DNA from: Candidatus Sumerlaeaceae bacterium
Lineage (GTDB): Bacteria > Sumerlaeota > Sumerlaeia > Sumerlaeales > Sumerlaeaceae
Length of the DNA stretch: 51,997 bases
Assembly: GCA_051003195.1 (NCBI GenBank)
Contig: JBPCLP010000018.1
Location: 1 to 51,997, forward strand
Direction of reading: 5' to 3'
Shown here one piece after another: positions 47,028 through 51,997 of the stretch; within the stretch, counting starts at the first letter, position 1; each line of letters opens with the position of its first letter. The notes under the pieces are model-generated. The model had not been told where the DNA came from. It did not search any database and was given only the letters and a program-made list of their open reading frames with translations. Both the position numbers and the translations under genes were made by a program.

Positions 47028-49030
47028 ACGCGCATTTCGCCTGCGGTGCGATTATCCCATGCGTAGTAGGGGATTAGCGTAACCGGAACACTTCGCGATT
47101 TCGGCGCAGCACCGTAGAGCCCCCCGGACCATGCAGTGGAAGCCGCGGCAATGGCTCCGGTCGTCCGAAGTTTCACGGCGCCGCCTACGAAATGCTCTTC
47201 GTAGGAATCACTGAACCCAGCGCCGGGCGGGATGGCGACTGCACTGACACTCGTCTCCTGGTCGGCGTCCTCCATGCAATATACCAGTGGACCACGCTGC
47301 ACTGCCAGCTTGCCCATGTTCTCAAGGACTCCGGCGTTCGAGGCCACCTGCGTGACAGGCATTTCCATCTGCAATTCCACTTCGTCTCCAGGCCGCCACG
47401 TGCGGTCGATCACGATGTACCCCTTCTCAACGCGTGGAGAAGGCATTTCATCGTGATTAACCGATACACGAGCGCCCGGACACCACCCGGGGATGCGAAG
47501 TCGTAGTGCAAAAGTCACGGGCTTGTCGACAACAGGCGCGATGCGAACCTTCGATTCCCACGGATAATTTGTCTGCAAGGTCAGCGTCAAATTGTCATCT
47601 CCCACCTGCACCCTGGCCTCGCCGGCCATATACAGATTAACCCATATCGCACCAGGCGAGGTCGCATAGGCGTAGCCGCCGAGCTGTGCCAGCGTTCGGG
47701 TCACATTCGGGGGACAGCACGCACAACCATACCATTCCTGCCTGTGATGCGCACCGTCACTCGAAAGTGGGTTTACGTAGAAATATCGACGTCCATCCAG
47801 CGACACGCCGGCAAGAAATCCATTGTACAGTGCTCGCTCCATCACATCTGCGTAGCGCGAATCTCCGTGCAGCAGCGCCAGGCGGTGGTTCCACATTACC
47901 ATCCCAACCGATGCGCACGTCTCCTGGTAGGCGGATGCATTCGGCAAATCGAAATCGCGGGTGAAGCCCTCGTTGTGCGCCGACGAACCAATGCCGCCGG
48001 TGATATACATGTTTCTCTCTGTGGTGTTTCGCCAGACCCTCTCCAGCATCTCGATCAACTTCGGGTCTCGGCTCTGCATCGCGAGGTCTGTCACTCCGGA
48101 CATCAGGTACATCATTCGCACCGCATGCCCCACTACGCGCTTATGATCGCGAATGGCACAGTTGTCCTGCCAATAGCTTCCATCATATTTTGCCGGGTCA
48201 ACGCGGTGCTCGCCCGCGAAGAACTTAGAGCCGCGCTTCTCGAGAAAAAACCGCGCAAGGTCACCAAAGCGCGGCTCGCCCGCGGCATCGGACAGCTTGA
48301 ACAGCGCGAGCTCTATCTCTTCGTGCCCGCAATAACCCATTCTCTCAGGTGGCTCGCCGAACGTTGCATCGAGAAGTGTCGCAAAACGTGCGGCCACGTC
48401 CAGCAGAGTTCGCTTGCCCGTTGCGGCGTGGTGCGCGGCCGCCGCTTCGAACAGATGTCCCGCGCAATAAAGTTCGTGGTTATCGCGCAGGTTCGTGAAG
48501 CGGTCGTTCGGCGCATTTACCTGGTACCAGGTGTTGAGGTACCCGTCCGGACGCTGCGCTGCGCCGATCTTTGCGATAATCTCATCGACTTGCTTTTCCA
48601 GCGCCGCATCTGGATTTGTCGCCAGCGAGTAACTAGCGGCCTCAATCGCCTTGTATAGATCAGAGTCGATAAAGACCGGCCCTTCATATCCTTCACGCGC
48701 ACCTGCAGCCGCAAGCTCCAGGTCCTTGATGTTGCCGGCCTTCTTGAGCATCTCAAAGCTGTACGGTATAGAGACCGTGCGGTTGGTGTCCTGTCGTGTC
48801 CGCCAGAAATGATCGTTAATGGTCACGTTCGTAAACGGAACTTTGCACAAGCTCCCACTGCACTGCGTCGCGTGTGCAATCGTTTCGGATGCGCGCGCGG
48901 TTGAAGCTCTTTCAATTGAACCTGCGGTTGTCGAACCATCAGGGAAATTGTTCCCTGCCGGTTCCACAGTAGCTGCAGGAGTGATAACCAAAGCCAGCAG
49001 AGTTGCGAGTGTGCGTCCACGAAAGGTCAT
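46997..49030 (-). CDS. GH127 beta-L-arabinofuranosidase-like, secreted
   Basis: DSDLYK.IEA, HELYCAGHL.EAA, GHEEIELAL, GHAVR..Y, MYITGGIGS, ETCA, CACCPPN, IPYYAWDNR. ATGA overlap with the upstream stop. Confidence 0.93.
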   Translation of the reverse strand: MTFRGRTLATLLALVITPAATVEPAGNNFPDGSTTAGSIERASTARASETIAHATQCSGSLCKVPFTNVTINDHFWRTRQDTNRTVSIPYSFEMLKKAGNIKDLELAAAGAREGYEGPVFIDSDLYKAIEAASYSLATNPDAALEKQVDEIIAKIGAAQRPDGYLNTWYQVNAPNDRFTNLRDNHELYCAGHLFEAAAAHHAATGKRTLLDVAARFATLLDATFGEPPERMGYCGHEEIELALFKLSDAAGEPRFGDLARFFLEKRGSKFFAGEHRVDPAKYDGSYWQDNCAIRDHKRVVGHAVRMMYLMSGVTDLAMQSRDPKLIEMLERVWRNTTERNMYITGGIGSSAHNEGFTRDFDLPNASAYQETCASVGMVMWNHRLALLHGDSRYADVMERALYNGFLAGVSLDGRRYFYVNPLSSDGAHHRQEWYGCACCPPNVTRTLAQLGGYAYATSPGAIWVNLYMAGEARVQVGDDNLTLTLQTNYPWESKVRIAPVVDKPVTFALRLRIPGWCPGARVSVNHDEMPSPRVEKGYIVIDRTWRPGDEVELQMEMPVTQVASNAGVLENMGKLAVQRGPLVYCMEDADQETSVSAVAIPPGAGFSDSYEEHFVGGAVKLRTTGAIAAASTAWSGGLYGAAPKSRSVPVTLIPYYAWDNRTAGEMRVWIPTSPPLR

Positions 49031-50106
49031 TGAGGATTTCCATTCTCGAAAGTAGTAACAAGTTCCCGAAGTACATGGGTGAGAACCGCGCGACCGCCAC
49101 TGACCCATTGTTGCACTTCCGCGCTCGCGGGTGCCTCATGCTGAAGCGCCGCCTCAAACGTTGCGCGGCTCCAGTCCGTGGCGGTCGCACCCACCTTATA
49201 TAGACGGACAAGCTCGGCATTGATGTACTGCTCCCACTGGCCACCAATCGGCACCACCATGATCGGCTTTCGCAAATGCACACATTCCGCGATGCTCTCG
49301 AAGCCGGCGCCCGTCATAAATACACGGCAACTCGCAAGGTCCTGCAGGAAATTCGCGGAGTCGCGCTGCGGAACCTTTACATTGCGTGGCAGTTCCGCGG
49401 GATCCGGCAGCCGGGCAACATACGCGCGAACTTCCACGTCCGGATGCGCACGTGCAAACTCGATAAGGCCGCTCGGCAGCTCTCCAACCGAGGAGTAAAA
49501 CATCATGTGTTCTCCTCGAGAGGGCGCCAGGTTCAGAACTTCCTGCCGCACGCATGGCGGGACGATCACCTGCCGCGGCAATTCGGGTTCAGCCGGCACG
49601 AACGAGTAAGTCCACACGTGGCTCGCCTGCGGCAGCGCGGAGCCGTAGTAGCTCTTCACGAACCTGCGCATCATTCTCACCTGCTGCTCAATTCCCGGAA
49701 CGGTGTCCAGCAGCGACAGCAGCGCAAACGTCTGGTTGTCAAAAATTGTGTAGGGGATTCCTGCCTTCCGCACAGCGCGAATAGATAACGGCTCAAAATC
49801 CAGGATTGCGTGCTCGAAACGCTCTTCGCGCACAAGTCGCGTCACCTCACGTACCGTTTTCAGGAAGCCGGGCGCCCGCCTCACATTGTATTTCAGGCTG
49901 CCGAGGACGTCGATACGATTGTTTTTCGTCGAAAAAGTCGGACCCTGGCGGAAGAGGTCTTTGGTGCAATACCCGGGGATTTCTTTACCGCACGCGAAGC
50001 CGTAGACCTGCGAGCCAAATCCCTCCAGGATATCGCGCACCACCATGTAACGGCTCAAATGCCCGCGACCCGTCGCCTGCACCCCGCAGAAGACTTTCAT
50101 TGCCAT
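49027..50106 (-). CDS. MJ1255/VC2487-like GT-B glycosyltransferase
   Basis: GVQATGRGHLSR, DFEP, GAGFE...E...L.KP..VVP..GQWEQ..NA. Confidence 0.85.
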   Translation of the reverse strand: MAMKVFCGVQATGRGHLSRYMVVRDILEGFGSQVYGFACGKEIPGYCTKDLFRQGPTFSTKNNRIDVLGSLKYNVRRAPGFLKTVREVTRLVREERFEHAILDFEPLSIRAVRKAGIPYTIFDNQTFALLSLLDTVPGIEQQVRMMRRFVKSYYGSALPQASHVWTYSFVPAEPELPRQVIVPPCVRQEVLNLAPSRGEHMMFYSSVGELPSGLIEFARAHPDVEVRAYVARLPDPAELPRNVKVPQRDSANFLQDLASCRVFMTGAGFESIAECVHLRKPIMVVPIGGQWEQYINAELVRLYKVGATATDWSRATFEAALQHEAPASAEVQQWVSGGRAVLTHVLRELVTTFENGNPQ

Positions 50107-50309
50107 GGTCTCAACTTGATCATTGAGCAACCACAGGAAGCGGCAGGAAACCACGTGCGAGCTTTTTTACAAGCGTTCTCAGTTTACCGGACGCACTTGA
50201 ATTCGGCGATTCGACCGCTTCCAACGGCCAAATGAACCCGCCACCGGAGCAGCAGCCCCGACAGCCCGGCGACAACGCCATTCCTGTAATGGAACGCTAA
50301 ACCGTCGTT

Positions 50310-50993
50310 CTACCGACGCAGCTTCATCAGCAGCAGCATCGGCCAGCCGATGTACTTTTCTGCCCGTGGGGTCTGCTGCGCCAGCTCGGAATCCACCGCG
50401 TGCTCAGACAGGTGTTCGATTCGCAGGCCCACAGCAACGGCTGCCATCACATAATCGCTGATCTGGTTTGCAACACTCTGAGGCCGCACCTCCGCTCCGG
50501 TTTCGGGGTGGTGAAACCGGGCCTGTACGCTCTTCAGCATCATAGCGGGATGCATAACCGATATCACGATAAAGCCGTCGTGCCTGCACACGCGCGCCAG
50601 CTCCGCAAAGAACGCTTTCAGCTCTGCCATGTGGTCCAGCACAAGGCAACAGATGACGCGGTCGAAATACGCTTCCTCAAAGGGGAGCGCCTGTGCCAGG
50701 TCGTGCTCCACAAATACTGCAAGCTCTGCACCCGGCTTGCGCCGCGCCCTCTCCAACATACCGTGCGAGAAATCCACGCCGGTGACATACGCCCCTGCCG
50801 ACGCCAGTTGCACCGTGTGGCGCCCTGTGCCGCAGCCGACGTCCAGCACCTTCAGCCCTTTGATCTCGCTCAGTAATTCACGTACCCGCGGTTCCTCAAG
50901 CAGCACCAGCGGGTTTCCATCTCCATCGTAGAACTCCGACCACAGGTCATAGCCGTCTCTTGTTGTAAGCACAATCGGCTGCGTATCGCTCAT
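50310..50993 (-). CDS. Class I SAM-dependent methyltransferase
   Basis: GYD.WS..YD..NPL, VLDVGCGTGRH, GVDFS.GML, LPF…FD, HP. Confidence 0.9.
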   Translation of the reverse strand: MSDTQPIVLTTRDGYDLWSEFYDGDGNPLVLLEEPRVRELLSEIKGLKVLDVGCGTGRHTVQLASAGAYVTGVDFSHGMLERARRKPGAELAVFVEHDLAQALPFEEAYFDRVICCLVLDHMAELKAFFAELARVCRHDGFIVISVMHPAMMLKSVQARFHHPETGAEVRPQSVANQISDYVMAAVAVGLRIEHLSEHAVDSELAQQTPRAEKYIGWPMLLLMKLRR

Positions 50994-51006
50994 ACAGTCC
51001 GACCGG

Positions 51007-51997
51007 TCAGTTGTACAACTGCCACGTTTCAACTGCAGACACGGCTCCCGGCCCGTTTACCACCAGCCGGTAACTACCCTGTGAACTCAGGAAGCCTGCA
51101 ACGCGAATCATGTACGTGTTTCCCTGCGTTACGGACAAGCTGATTTCGGATTGGTCGGTTCCGCCGCAGCCTGCTCCCGTGCTGTCGTCATTGCATGCAA
51201 GCATGTTGGCCAGCGTTCCGGGGCAGCCACTGTGGATTGATATCACGGTATCGTAGCCAGACAGGCAGGATGCAAAAGTGGCTGTACCTGAGCCGCTCGG
51301 TATATAACGGAACCACACATCGTGTGAATTAGATGAAGCTCCACATCCATCGCCGTCGTCGCTCGCTTCCATTGTGCTTCCCGTGAACGGCACACCGACA
51401 ATGGCAACGCTCGTCGCGCTGGTACATAAATCATTCTGAGGCACCGGCGCCAGTGCCGGGATTGTCACGCTGACGGTGCTCACATTATTCGCGTAGCTGG
51501 CCTCGGCAAGGATCTGCAGCGGATTCACGTGTAGCTCGAGTACATAACTGCCCGGCGGGACGCCCGTGATATCCACGTACTGGCAATCCAGCCCGGCAGT
51601 ATAAATGTCGCCCCAGCCTGCCTGCATCCCCTGGTTAGCGCAATGGTACAGCGGTGCTGCCGGGGCACTCGAATTATGGCGCACGCTGTCGAGGATACAG
51701 AAGCTCTGCTTTCGGCCTGCGACCACCGTCCCGGTGGTGGTGAGGAGACGAATGTTAAGGTATTCCTCAAAGTGGTAATGTCCGTGGCATGCATGAAATT
51801 CGAACATCGGATTGCCCACCGGGCTACCCAGAGAAAGGTCTGACGCGCCGACGTTCTGTGTGTACGCGGCAAAGCGCAACAGTCGCCGTCGGCCGGCCAA
51901 CGTGCAACCTCCCTCGACGGCGCAGGAGGTCATATAGTAGTCTTCCGGCGACACAAATGGGTTCCCCTGCGCCGCGATTTGTTTGGGACCCGGCAGC
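51007..51997 (-). CDS. Lysyl oxidase-like protein with PPC-like C-terminal domain and W-x-L-Y tail (5' end outside window)
   Basis: CAVEGGC, RRLLRF, FHACHGHYH (Cu site), GRKQSFC (LTQ Lys), GWGDIY (LTQ Tyr), LDCQYVDIT, VNP…E..Y.NN; then PQNDLC…DVWF.Y…DTV…CNDD; ends SAVETWQLYN. The frame is open to the window end. Confidence 0.88.
   Translation of the reverse strand, partial: LPGPKQIAAQGNPFVSPEDYYMTSCAVEGGCTLAGRRRLLRFAAYTQNVGASDLSLGSPVGNPMFEFHACHGHYHFEEYLNIRLLTTTGTVVAGRKQSFCILDSVRHNSSAPAAPLYHCANQGMQAGWGDIYTAGLDCQYVDITGVPPGSYVLELHVNPLQILAEASYANNVSTVSVTIPALAPVPQNDLCTSATSVAIVGVPFTGSTMEASDDGDGCGASSNSHDVWFRYIPSGSGTATFASCLSGYDTVISIHSGCPGTLANMLACNDDSTGAGCGGTDQSEISLSVTQGNTYMIRVAGFLSSQGSYRLVVNGPGAVSAVETWQLYN

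Overview
A 52 kb, GC-rich chromosomal window from a diderm (LPS-making) bacterium, mostly scattered housekeeping and envelope genes. These include uppS, cdsA, kdsB, an MsbA-like exporter, a GT9 heptosyltransferase, lpxK, wecB, coaX, birA, an orphan atpG, mnmE and RNase P RNA (rnpB). There are many secreted carbohydrate- or protein-active enzymes (GH27, GH127, GHL10, GH5/42-like, sulfatase, S8 protease, NAGPA-like glycosidase, lysyl oxidase-like). Small accessory inserts are a decayed toxin-antitoxin pair, a PaeR7I/XhoI-like type II R-M system, a Fic protein and MITE-like elements. The strongest unexplained signal is a shared short C-terminal tail, [ST]-[AS]-[AV]-x-x-W-x-[LV]-[YF]-(x)-stop, on three unrelated multidomain extracellular-type enzymes. 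It looks like an uncharacterised protein sorting or secretion signal. I recall such tails in Ca. Sumerlaeota/BRC1 proteins, which would suggest the lineage, but this is unverified here. Other oddities: an MsbA with a STAS-like domain inserted after TM1, an LMW-PTP/YwlE-like protein with Asp in place of the catalytic Cys fused to a histone-like tail, a neighbouring pseudo-receiver, an animal-like lysyl oxidase domain, a 38-aa Cys-rich lipopeptide, and CTAGTGTGGT-ended elements sitting on TAG stop codons. All assignments come from reading motifs by eye; no database search was run.
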